Below are positions 31,488 to 42,450 of a DNA stretch of 64,000 nucleotides, piece by piece. The DNA lies in NCBI GenBank assembly GCA_024704765.1, contig JAKMXF010000066.1:1237883-1301882 (forward strand). The letters run 5' to 3'. The notes below the pieces were generated by a model. It saw only the letters and a list, made by a program, of their open reading frames with translations, searched no databases and was not told the DNA's origin. Source of the stretch: Oopsacas minuta (Eukaryota; Animalia; Porifera). The number at the start of each line of letters is the position of its first letter. Position 1 is the first letter of the stretch. Both the position numbers and the translations under genes were made by a program.

Positions 31488-31572
31488 TAGACAACTCCAG
31501 TTACATACCTTATTTGATTTAATTATCGCAGTCCCTTGAGCTTAGATATGACCGGATAGCGGGAGCTGACTG
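31488..31572. mobile_element. Short MITE (family A)
   Basis: TA-TAGACAACTCC…GGGAGCTGACTG-TA; core TAATTATCGCAGTCCCTTGAGCTTAGAT. Confidence 0.6.
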
Positions 31573-31647
31573 TACATTCACTTGTCCTGATATACAGTTA
31601 AACATTCACTAACTTTTAGTAAATTCATATCTTCCTTTATTCTTAGA

Positions 31648-32169
31648 ATGTATTATAGATATCTCAAACTTTTAAACTCTACTCTCCTACCAATCAAATC
31701 TTATAGAAAAGTCCATTCCATTTCTCAATACCAAAATCCCACCAAATTCTCTCTTTCTACTCCCTCAATACAAACCATTACCCCTAACAAACACTACACC
31801 GCTATACCAACATTATCCATTGTCCAATTTGAACAAATATCTGAGAATACACTACAATCCCTCACAGAGTATTTTGACTCATTACCAAGCCTTGTACAAT
31901 GCTCTAAGCAGTATGACGTCAATTTCGCAGATGGTGTACTTACAATTATTGTTAATGATGACATAGGTACTTATGTTATTAATAAACAAACCCCTAATAG
32001 ACAGATTTGGCTATCTTCACCTATCAGTGGTCCGAAGCGATTTGATTTGGTAAATACACGTTGGATATATTTGCATGATAATTCTTGTCTTCATGATTTG
32101 TTGCAGAGAGAATTCTCTGATATTTTCAAGATTCAGCTTGTATTAGATAAAACTAGGTCTTTTATATGA
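31648..32169 (+). CDS. FXN: Frataxin with N-terminal mitochondrial presequence, intronless
   Basis: DVNFADGVLTI…GTYVINKQTPNRQIWLSSPISGPKRFD is the frataxin signature; basic, Ser/Thr-rich N-terminus. Confidence 0.95.
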   Translation: MYYRYLKLLNSTLLPIKSYRKVHSISQYQNPTKFSLSTPSIQTITPNKHYTAIPTLSIVQFEQISENTLQSLTEYFDSLPSLVQCSKQYDVNFADGVLTIIVNDDIGTYVINKQTPNRQIWLSSPISGPKRFDLVNTRWIYLHDNSCLHDLLQREFSDIFKIQLVLDKTRSFI

Positions 32170-32820
32170 AACCACAATGCATTTATTTTTTGTCTTATTT
32201 ATCAAATACTGAGATTAATTTATACAGAGGGTTGAATACTAACTAATGTATAAGAAAGTATTGTACTTATGGGCCGCTCGCCACTAACTTTTCATTATCC
32301 TTTATCGCAAGGGTTGTTTAGACACCCTCTTGCTTTAATAATCCGCGCTAGCCATGTGTCTTCTTTATTATCTTTTAGCTAATTATCCGTCTTCTAGTTT
32401 ATTCAACCAATCCGCTCTCATTAAAATTTACCGATTGGACTTCTAGCTTAATATTTAATTCAATTCAGCTATATGTCATAATTATTTCGGAATACATAAG
32501 TAATAGAAGCTAAAAGCTCGTTGATATATATGCCAGGGGACAATTGAATTCATACTCCTCATCAAGGTACGCATATTATCTTAACTAAATTTATTGAATG
32601 ATTATTGAGTAATTGACAAAGTGTCGAAACATGTACGTCACCTTCAAAATTGAGTCAATTAATTACAGGGATTCTCAATTTCAATGGTAACACAAATAAT
32701 CTCCTTATCTGTGTTTACCGTGCTGGTATTAACCAGCTTCTACTGTAGCCATTTTTGGTATAATTAGAGTTTTGTATTTACAATTATTATGTATCTAGCT
32801 TATATCTCTTAGCAAATAGA

Positions 32821-34005
32821 ATGGCAGATAGATACGGGGCTAATATACCCAGTCAAACTATATACGTCAATAACTTAAACGATAAAATCAAGAAACCTGA
32901 GTTAATAAAATCTATTCACGCTATATTCTCACAATTTGGTAAAATTTTGGAAATTATTGCTTCTAAAAACTTCAAAATGAGAGGACAAGCTTTTATAGTA
33001 TTTGAGGATATATCATGTTCTACTAATGCATTACAGTCTATGCAAGGATTTCCTTTTTATGATAAACCAATGAGAATAGCATTCGCGAAGTCTAAATCAG
33101 ATGCTATTGCTAAGATTGATGGTAAGTGAAACCGAGTATAACGAAATGTATCCAATACTTACCAACGCCTTTACATACCGTTTCCCCTTTCCTTTCCTTG
33201 TCCAGCCTTGTATTTTTTTCAGGGTTTCATTTCTAAATGAATTATACGATTATCCCTTATTACATACAATGATATCCTGAATAGACCAAATTAGAAAGCA
33301 TTTGCAAGATCTTTAGGTAATTCATTGTACTTAAGACTCAGCAGTAATAAGAAAATACTCATATTATTGGCTAAAAATTATGACATATATGTTCCAATTA
33401 TTAAGCGTATCTTATCTAATTTTAGGGTTACGTTGGCGACTGAATTATCGGCGAACTTTTTAATTATAATACTCAATAGAAAGTGACTCTTAGCTTGAAT
33501 AATGAGCTTCTTATTGAGACTTGTATAGAAAATCTCGAAACGATATCGGCTGCAGACATTTAAATACAGTGTTTATTCATTCATTATAACATCTTATTTA
33601 GGTTCGTACGCAGAGAGACGCAAGAAACGAATGGAAGAAGTAACACACTCTACGAAAAGACCTCACAAAGAGAAATCTCACAAAACAACTCATCCCACAT
33701 CTCACAACACCCAACAAATGCCTGCTTACCAGAGACCAATATCATCCATGGTCCCACAACGTGAACTCCCTAATAAAATCCTATTCGTGACTAATCTCCC
33801 TGATGGAAGCAGTGAGGACATGGTGAAGGTATTATTCAGTAGATACCCTGGCTATAGAGAGGTGAGGTTGGTACCAGGACGTCCTGATCTCGCATTTGTA
33901 GAGTTTGAGACTGAAGATACTGCTACGACTGCTAAATCTCAATTGGATAATTTCCAAGTTAAGCCTGAACACTATATGCGTGTTGCGTATGCTAAGCGTG
34001 ATTGA
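32821..34005 (+). CDS. SNRPA: U1A/U2B''/SNF family snRNP protein, two RRMs; exons 32821-33121 and 33602-34005 (234 aa)
   Basis: [13 protein letters not shown]…[10 protein letters not shown]…[13 protein letters not shown] in RRM1; [12 protein letters not shown]…[16 protein letters not shown] in RRM2; G|GTAAGT donor and TTTAG acceptor give a phase-1 in-frame join. SNRPA versus SNRPB2 orthology is uncertain. Confidence 0.88.
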
Positions 34006-34559
34006 ATTTATTAGTTATGACGTCATATTTTATTGAATAAGCAGATTTTCAATCACGAATTTGTTAGGAAATCTCTAGTTTTTGGGGCGATTTTGTGTTT
34101 TATTTACTGCATTCTGGGGAGTCAGCGTTATTATCCTGGTTGCTAAGGAGAGATTGGATCATTTTTTGAGACCAATATTCCGAGATTATATAAGTCGAAA
34201 CTCTTTTCTTGTAATTATTGGGTAATCAGAGGATATTTTATTCATCCATGGTCCGGCTCTTGTAATTGAAAAGTGTTTTACCATAACAATTGTCAAGAAA
34301 TTTGATATTCCAAGTTATCTACATATTAACGTAGTCAATTCTCATTATGTTAATATTAATATGAGCTATATACGAATTCAATTCAATTTGAGCATTTGAT
34401 TTCTGTATTTCTATGCTGTTCAGTGTTGATACAGGTCCGTAGCAGTGAATTTAAGTGGTAAGGTGATGGCCGTGCCAGCCGCACGTTTCCTACAACCATG
34501 TCATACTTATTGATTTCAAGTTTTTATACCATGCATATAATAGTATATCGCTGAATAAA

Positions 34560-35340
34560 CGTCCCAGCGAATATTTCTTCGTGTAGGCGAAAGCCTCGGT
34601 GCGACACACAATCTTTCACATCACTTTTCATCTCCAGTGTTTTGTCCTAAATGATTCTCAAGCAAAATCTCTCTCTGTCAACAAATAATTATCTCTCCAA
34701 AGCCTTCATTCCCTCCAACGCTATTCAAAATACCTTATCAACTCTGATATTAAATTTCAACTAATATTCGTTAATATTCCGGGGGCGAAATCTTCTTCAC
34801 CAACGTAAACTTGTTTTTACTCCTTAATCTTTAATTTCAAATATTTTTCATTTACGCCACTATCTCACTTATCTGCGGCATTCCTTTCGCCACCAAAACT
34901 GTCTGATAATAATCGTAGTTCTTGCATGATCTCATGTGTCTTAATATGAATGTGCAAACATTTTTCACGTGTAGGATATTATTTAATTCAGTGGGTGAAC
35001 TTGCTGATATTTCTGGGTTATCTAGAGATATGATTGTAGTTAATAGCTGAGCAATTATACGCAATATTTCTATGCAAAATCCGAAATTAATTTTAACAAA
35101 ATATCTAAGTAATTCTCAATCATCTTTGGTGGTGTTATTAGCCAAACCATTAATCGAATCAAATGAATGTTAATTCCTTAACGGATTTATATTTCATTTG
35201 ATTTGTTGTTTAAAATCTATAAGTTATAATTTGCATTATCTTATTACTGTAAGCTAATAATGATTGACAAATTCCACATCCAAAAGCTCTTCAATATACT
35301 CGATACATATTTGCATAATATATTGGATACTATTATCCAT
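34560..35340 (-). pseudogene. Decayed coding relic, family unassigned
   Basis: One minus-strand frame from ATG 35340 reads protein-like (MDNSIQYIMQICIEYIEELLDVEF…ELLRYFVKINFGFCIEILRIIAQLL…) with scattered stops, then continues after apparent frameshifts. Confidence 0.3.
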
Positions 35341-35414
35341 TACTTATTGTAACTTTGATTGTTAATTTGGATCTGAATTATTTATAATGGACCTGATTTA
35401 ACGCATAACTCTAG

Positions 35415-35475
35415 ATTAGAATGCCAATACTTACAGTGAGTTTGACTATTTCACTGTAAGTATTGGCATTCTAAT
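35415..35475. repeat. Perfect 25-bp inverted repeat with an 11-nt loop
   Basis: ATTAGAATGCCAATACTTACAGTGA (35415-39) and TCACTGTAAGTATTGGCATTCTAAT (35451-75). Confidence 0.95.
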
Positions 35476-35969
35476 ACGTGAACTTGCTATTAGAAAACTA
35501 TTCAATCAAAAGACTTGTCAATGGAATATCTTTGTATACATATATGCTATCCATACAATTGTTGTAAACACATGTTTATTGCATCGATACATACGTATTT
35601 CCATGATAGATATTGCATTATGTTAATTATAGAATAATCGCAAGTAGAGTAGATTGGCAGTTTTACATCTATCGTATTCAGTAGTATTTGCCCCGGATTG
35701 ATATCCTGGCCCGCTCGGGTCTGCCAGATCCTGGGACTGCTCCTGATCCTATTTAGTATATCATCTACTATCTCGAATATATAACTTTCTCACTAGGAGT
35801 ACAACCAATTACCAACAAGCTTTCTATGGAAATAATTGGCCATATCTTTCAATGAAGTTATAATATTTATCCATTAATTACTACTAGTAGAGTGAATACC
35901 GGTTACAAGAACCACTTTGGGAGTAGCAATATGTGTTCTTATAACCGTTCTCATGTATTCCTGTATATA

Positions 35970-36220
35970 CACTCCCTGGCCAAAAGTATTGGAACACTCG
36001 GCCACAATTGACACTTGGCACAAATATGCATTATACTTTAGTTGTTTAGGCTGAAGATAGTTTCAAACATTTGTGAACTTAATTCTATCATTAATTTTAT
36101 TATTACAATTGCCTTTTCTGATATATCCACAGGCTATTCAATACATATATTCTCACAAAGTTCCATATGCCACATGTGCCATTAGTGGTATGGTGTTCCA
36201 ATACTTTTGGCCAGGGAGTG
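35970..36220. mobile_element. Tc1/mariner-type MITE, probably young
   Basis: Perfect 28-bp TIR CACTCCCTGGCCAAAAGTATTGGAACAC with TA duplication at 35968-69 and 36221-22. Confidence 0.9.
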
Positions 36221-36314
36221 TATCATGTCCGTTTTCCAGAGGATGGACCTTATATACAGTGTTCTTATAACAGGCATCCACTGTATTATGAATTAATATA
36301 GCATACTATCTAGC

Positions 36315-38216
36315 ATGACAGACTACATACAAGACTTCCCTAAAGAAACACTGGAGAATATGGAAGGACTCTGGCGTAACGGTCAGCTCTGTGATGTAGA
36401 GCTCCTAGCTGGTGAAGCTGTAATACGTGCCCATAGAGTTGTATTAGCTGCGTCTAGCTTATACTTCAGGGCAATGTTTACGTCACAAATGGCTGAATCA
36501 GGACAACGCACTGTAGAAATACAAGGAGTAGAAAGCTCAGCTCTACAAGCACTTGTTTCATTCGCATACTCAAGCAAACTTTGTGTCAACACTGATAATG
36601 CACAGGGATTATTGGTAGCATCGAATTTCCTACAAATGTCAAGGGCGAATACAATTTGTTCTAAGTTCTTACAAGAACATCTCACCTCACAGAATTGTCT
36701 TGATATCGCGGATTTCGCGGAAGATCATCATTGTCTTGACTTGTTAGAAGCCGCAAGTCGATTTTGTCTAAAACATTTCACAGACGTATCAAAAATGGAT
36801 AAATTCCTTCGCATTTCAACTCGCCGTTTAGACCAAATACTATCAAGTAATTATCTCGAATTACCAGATGGAGAGGATATAGCATTCGAAGCACTTATAC
36901 GTTGGGTTAAAATTGACCCTAGCAACCGTGAGGAATTTTTCCCTGATCTCTTAAACCTAATTAAACTCCCATTACTCAGAACTTTATTTTTCTCGTTAGA
37001 AGTTTGTGCAAATACTTTAGTATCAAATAGTGAAAGTTGTATGAATTTAGTGAGAGAAGCCGCGAAATGTATGTTTGACGAATCTGACAAAACAAGTCCA
37101 GCACATTTAAAACGATTACCCACACAAATACCCAAAAAATGGTGGCCTCGCGAAACTTTACGCGTTGGTGAGGTTATTCATATTTTAGGCGGGGTTTCAG
37201 AGCATGACACGTTAGGAAATGTTGAATGTTTCGACTCAACAAGAAACGAATGGGTAGTTAATGTTATACCGCAAATGACGCATAAACGTAGTGGCGTTGG
37301 TGTAGCTGTTCTTCACGGGTTACTTTTCGCGATCGGCGGATATTTAGACGGTAAAACATCTACAGACGCGGTGGAGTGTTACAATCCGCGTACACGTATA
37401 TGGTCACTAGTAGCCCACATGCATACAGCACGCATGAACCTTGGCGTATCTGCTATACCCGATTTAAGAGATTCTGATACAGGAGCAACCTATAACTTCG
37501 TATTTGCCGTAGGCGGATATTCAGGTAAGGTAATTCTAGGTAGTGTAGAGAGATATGACATGATGACTGACGTATGGCATGAAGTCTGTCCAATGAATAC
37601 CCCAAGACGTAACGTGGGTGTTGGGGTTATTGGCCCGTTTTTATACGCAGTTGGTGGTTCAAATCGTGATGACGGTAGTCGTTCAAATTTAAATAGCATG
37701 GAGAGGTATGACCCGATTAATGATACGTGGACGGAAATGCCCCCGATGAATAGGTCAAGAGGTGCCGCATCCATCGCTGCATTAAACAACTGTTTATATG
37801 CTGTAGGAGGATATGACAGTGGTCAGTGGCTTAATGAAGTAGAACGTTTCGATCCACAAGTTGGCCAGTGGACATTAGTTGCTCCATTGAATCATTGTCG
37901 TACTGGCATAGCTGTAACCGCGTTAAACGGGGAAGTTTATGCTATAGGAGGCTATGATGGAGTAAAAACGGTTGATATCGTAGAGAAATATAACGAGAGG
38001 ACCGGAAATTGGTCTGAAGTAAGTCCGTTAAATTGGGGGAGATCTGTACCAGGTGTAGCAGTCAATCACCTATGGCCTAGCATACAACAGCAATTGAATC
38101 CAGCTCCCAATAAAGTACTAAATGCTTGGGGGAAACCAGTAACAGCAAGCAATCCACAAACACAATTAAATCAACGCAATTTTTTCAATTCAGACAGCTC
38201 AGAATCAACGCTTTAA
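36315..38216 (+). CDS. Kelch-like protein (BTB-BACK-6x Kelch; Cul3 adaptor), intronless
   Basis: BTB LCDVELLAG…AHRVVLAASSLYFRAMFT; BACK domain; six kelch repeats with GG-Y/S…VE.YDP…W…PM…R; closest KLHL paralog not resolved. Confidence 0.95.
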   Translation: MTDYIQDFPKETLENMEGLWRNGQLCDVELLAGEAVIRAHRVVLAASSLYFRAMFTSQMAESGQRTVEIQGVESSALQALVSFAYSSKLCVNTDNAQGLLVASNFLQMSRANTICSKFLQEHLTSQNCLDIADFAEDHHCLDLLEAASRFCLKHFTDVSKMDKFLRISTRRLDQILSSNYLELPDGEDIAFEALIRWVKIDPSNREEFFPDLLNLIKLPLLRTLFFSLEVCANTLVSNSESCMNLVREAAKCMFDESDKTSPAHLKRLPTQIPKKWWPRETLRVGEVIHILGGVSEHDTLGNVECFDSTRNEWVVNVIPQMTHKRSGVGVAVLHGLLFAIGGYLDGKTSTDAVECYNPRTRIWSLVAHMHTARMNLGVSAIPDLRDSDTGATYNFVFAVGGYSGKVILGSVERYDMMTDVWHEVCPMNTPRRNVGVGVIGPFLYAVGGSNRDDGSRSNLNSMERYDPINDTWTEMPPMNRSRGAASIAALNNCLYAVGGYDSGQWLNEVERFDPQVGQWTLVAPLNHCRTGIAVTALNGEVYAIGGYDGVKTVDIVEKYNERTGNWSEVSPLNWGRSVPGVAVNHLWPSIQQQLNPAPNKVLNAWGKPVTASNPQTQLNQRNFFNSDSSESTL

Positions 38217-38350
38217 TTCATCTTTCAAACAATTATCACAGATATTATAATTCTACTATATTATTGTTACAATCAGATAGTACTTGTGATATTTTAATTG
38301 ATAAATGTACTAGCTAAGCAATAGTTGGTATATGTCGTGTTGGGTTGCTC

Positions 38351-38370
38351 CTCTCTCTCTCTCTCTCTCT
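38351..38370 (+). repeat. (CT)10 microsatellite
   Basis: Read directly, downstream of the kelch stop codon. Confidence 0.9.
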
Positions 38371-39062
38371 ATCTTCTGTCTCTCTGAATGTAAATTTATG
38401 ATGTAATACTTAATTGCAATTGAACCACGTTATAGCTTTTGAATTTGATTGTGAGATCCTATAAAACATTTGTGCTCTATTGATGTTAATACGTCTTCCC
38501 GATCCTGCAAAATCTAACAACATGATTAACTCCAAACTAGTCTTATTTGCAATTTTGGTTAACTTCAGATTGTCATATTTTCGTCACGTCTATTAATTCA
38601 CCAACAGCATAATCATATCCTCAAGATAATAATCTTAATGTATAGAATCTCCAATCTAGCATTATTTGATTGGATTATAATAGGACAACTTGACGCATGC
38701 CTTCATTATCCTATTACAGCTTAATGCAATTACCTTCGTTATATATTTTAATCGATAAATCTATAATTGTTTCCTGTGAATAGCTATTGTACGATATTTT
38801 CAAATTCATTTCCAATACCCACACAGGAATATATTATTCTTTCATGTGTATTTACATATGATTAGCATTTAATAAAAACAGATTGTGCTTATTTCAGGAC
38901 GCATCCATGTCAATTCATAGATGCTTTTTTTGGTTAATCGGCACTGGCGGGACCAATTAAACCCGATTGAACAAAATAGACTTATCAATTAAAAGAATGC
39001 ATGTTTTGAATTATTATGAAGTTTCACATGCGAGTTAGTAGAACCGCTTTCTTGACTTGATA

Positions 39063-39236
39063 CAGTTTATCTCCACTCATGTTACATCGAACACGGATAT
39101 ATCAAAATACTCGCTTATATCGAAGTCTTAGATTGTACAAAATTGCTCCCAAACCTTCAGAGTAACATAAATTACTTCTGTTATATCGAAGTAATTATCG
39201 CGGATCCTTGAGCTTCATTTGAAGAGTGAATTTGCA
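39063..39236. mobile_element. Degenerate MITE (family A)
   Basis: TA-CAGT left end, ATATCGAA repeats, core TAATTATCGCGGATCCTTGAGCTTC; right TIR is eroded. Confidence 0.55.
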
Positions 39237-39401
39237 TATTTATCCTATTCGTTGCAATAAAATTTCCAAAATAGGAACGTTCAATTACAAACTAAGTTGG
39301 AGTGGAACAGTCGGGCCCTGAGCGTAACTCTCAAATATCGAAATTCCTGCAAAAATTAATTATTTTTATGTATACTTTGATCCCATTAGGAATATTATAG
39401 T

Positions 39402-40327
39402 ATGTCACAAGAAAGTGCAACATATTCCTCACAGAGTAATAATATTGACGTCACTACAGTGCCTGTAATACAATACCTAAAAAATAATACGTCACAACAA
39501 GAACACATTAACACAGTATCTACTGAAACAGCTGATATCAACTACCAACCTATGGATATAGATTCTACAATGGAATGTCTCACAGGACTGAGATTAAGTG
39601 AATCATATTTGAGTACAATTACTGAATGCGGTATGTTCCTATTATAACTAGCTCGTTTTAATCATGCACTACAGAGTACCCTTAAAAAGATCAATTTGGG
39701 GTCAGGCCATATTGACCCGATTAGGGTGGTTTGTAGTCCAATAACTCGGTTTACCTGTGGCTCTATTTCAGCGGTTCCTGACCTTATTGATCTGTGGATC
39801 CATATACCTATTTTAATACATTTTGTGGACCCCTCTACTGTCGTGCGTGGATCACCAAGGGTCCATCGAGGTTGGAACCGCTACTCTTTTTAATCTGAGT
39901 ATACTGTATTCATTAAGTAATTTTGTTCCAATTCATTCAAATTTCAAAGTAGAAACTTTTCGTTGTTTATATTACTTTTTGTTTCCAATTTCACTGATTA
40001 GTTATTAATCCCTATATATATATATTTATAGACAAAAAGGACAATCCTGTATCACCCCAATCTGAGCAACACTCTCCTAAACTTCATTCAAATTTTATAA
40101 CAGAAGACCATCTACAACAAATACAACAACAACAGATCTTCTCTTCATATCCCACCTGTAGAGATCAATCCTCTTACAACCCAAATACACACGAGATTAA
40201 TATAGAGAATAGTTCTACAACAGAACATCTAGATGATACTACAGTAGAGGATATAGCTGGTTATCTAGAACAGTTGGAAATATTGTCTAGAAATATGTCT
40301 AGCATGGCAAAAATGATGTATTCTTAG
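39402..40327 (+). CDS. OSER1: OSER1 (oxidative stress-responsive serine-rich 1, DUF776)-like; exons 39402-39630 and 40032-40327 (174 aa)
   Basis: G|GTATGT donor and TTTATAG acceptor join in phase 1; C-terminus DTTVEDIAGYLEQLEILSRNMSSMAKMMYS* matches the OSER1 terminal motif D.TIEDLSGYMEY.L.IPKKMSHMAEMMYT. Confidence 0.75.
39769..39883. mobile_element. hAT (Charlie-like) MITE in the OSER1 intron
   Basis: TIR CAGCGGTTCCTGACCT…AGGTTGGAACCGCTA; 8-bp TSD CTCTATTT/CTCTTTTT. Confidence 0.75.
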
Positions 40328-41229
40328 ATAATCATATATGTTATGCATATATTATCTCAATAGTTTGTATCTTATTGTGTACTGAGAAATTGAGTGTTTG
40401 CAATGAAACGCGCTTATATACAAATTTGATTTATAATACAGTGGAAATTGGGAAACTGATAAATGGGAATTCGCTGAATTAGACGAGGTTTTTGAAATGG
40501 ACTCGATCCAAAATAAATCGGTTAATGTAGCTTAGTTGCACTTATGCTCCTATGTCTGGGTAGGAAAAGATGACGTCATGGCAATACTCTGGTGGAGCTG
40601 AATCTGGATGTGCACTCAAATTCAAGGGTGAGCAGGTTCCAACTCAAAATGGCTATAGCTACGCCTATGCTTGAGAGTATCGGTTAGTTTGGGCGAAAAC
40701 CATACTCCAGGCGTCCCCTACAATTTGGAAATTTATTTGAAATTTTTGTATTTTGTTCAATTTACTAGTTTTGACATTAAAATTCTATGATCCCTCGTTT
40801 ATAACCTAATTACATGATTCATCATAAAATACGTTGTGAATCATCATTTTTTCTGTCCTAATCATGTCTAAATATCCATTATGTAAACTCCACCCTTGCG
40901 GTCTTCCATTTTTCATTATTTCTACAAAAACAACACGATTTAATTGCTAAAACTACATTTTCTGTAATATATTGCATCCATAATCTTTACTGATATAACT
41001 AATATCAGTTCTGGATTATCTTTTCCTTGACGCACATTTGCTTACTTAAACCATATTTTAGCATCAAGCATTATAGTAATATTATTATCACTAAGGAGAT
41101 AGGGGATTACTGCTGTATTAATCTTATTATTAGTTTGACTTCATTAATTATCTTATCAACGCAAGTTGTTATCTCTTGGCTAGATGATCTATTGTCTACT
41201 TATGTAAATTTGATTATTTTTTTGTTCCT

Positions 41230-41760
41230 CTTAGCGCAAATAGTATATTATTATCTGCAAGTATGTTTTTACGACAATGTAAAGATTTCTATGTTGATTA
41301 TTTTTGGCATTTTACCTATTTGTATGTACATTGTTTCATTTCGAGCTTATTTGATGTATTCTTTTTCTATGTAGATCACTTGGTAAATGCAAAAATGGAT
41401 TTTCAGTATTTATTCTAGCAAACGTAAAATCTCTTATTGTAACTTGGCTAACAATTTTTTGCAAAATTTAATACTCAACTTTCCAATGTACTAATATACT
41501 TTTAAGCTTCCATTAACCGTACATTTGTAACTATGTAATTCAAGGTTAACAATCATGAATCCTTTGGTGGCGATGTCAGTACTGTATCCACAGCTGTTCC
41601 ATACAACGTAGTTAATACATTACAAATTCCCAACCTATTCGTGATGTATTACTGTATTTCACTTTCAATGTATTATTCTCAGCTAACAAGGCTGTGTATA
41701 ATCGCTGATTCAAACATAATGTATTTATGAATTATCTAGTGTGAATCATCTGTATTTAGC
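41230..41760 (-). pseudogene. Possible decayed coding relic, unassigned
   Basis: Minus-strand stretches such as YITNRLGICNVLTTLYGTAVDTVLTSPPKDS and RDFTFARINTENPFLHLPSDLHRK are separated by stops. Confidence 0.2.
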
Positions 41761-42450
41761 ACCAGACTGTTAGTCAGCTTCCCTGAGCACGAATATTTCA
41801 CTAACATATGTGCAAATAATATTTCAAATTCGCTAACCTGTCTTATTTCTATCTAGTAAAATTCAAAAATAAATTGCTTAAGGACAAACGTATGAATCTT
41901 ATTAGCGTTACAGAATTCTGACTTTTGAGAAGAGTTTTCTCATTAATGTTATTTGTTCGCTCCATGAATGGAGAAAATAGGGCCAATGATAATATGATAA
42001 TTTTACTGATTTTATTCTGGCAGCCTCCTTGGCTCCTTCATGGACTTACGTTGCTCCACTACTTTTTTTTATAAGCTTGACACAGGAAGAGGAGGGCGTC
42101 AAAAATTAGGGATCTAGCATTAGCGTTAACTAGCTTCTGAACGCCCCATTCATAAATATAGGAAATCACTAAACAGGATAGTTATTGTTTAGTGGTCTCG
42201 AACTTCGATATTAAGAATAAATTGAATGAGATTGAATGCAAGTTTCATTGTAATACAATGTAATCGCTGCACAATATAAACCGCTAATACTTGATTATTA
42301 CCATCCATAGTCCAAAATGTATTATCCTATTCAACTTATACAACTGTACATTGATTTTCTATAAATACTACGACACGAAATTACAACCAACAAAAGTAAC
42401 TGAATATATAACATTTACAATTATCAATTGAATTCAAATACAAACTCATT

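Noticed and set aside
34586-34595. GGCGAAAGCC tetraloop hairpin considered as part of a hammerhead ribozyme
   Set aside because: No CUGANGA core or flanking stems nearby
41027-41374. 115-aa TM-like ORF
   Set aside because: Non-ATG start and I/L/F/Y-rich composition expected from AT-rich non-coding or antisense DNA
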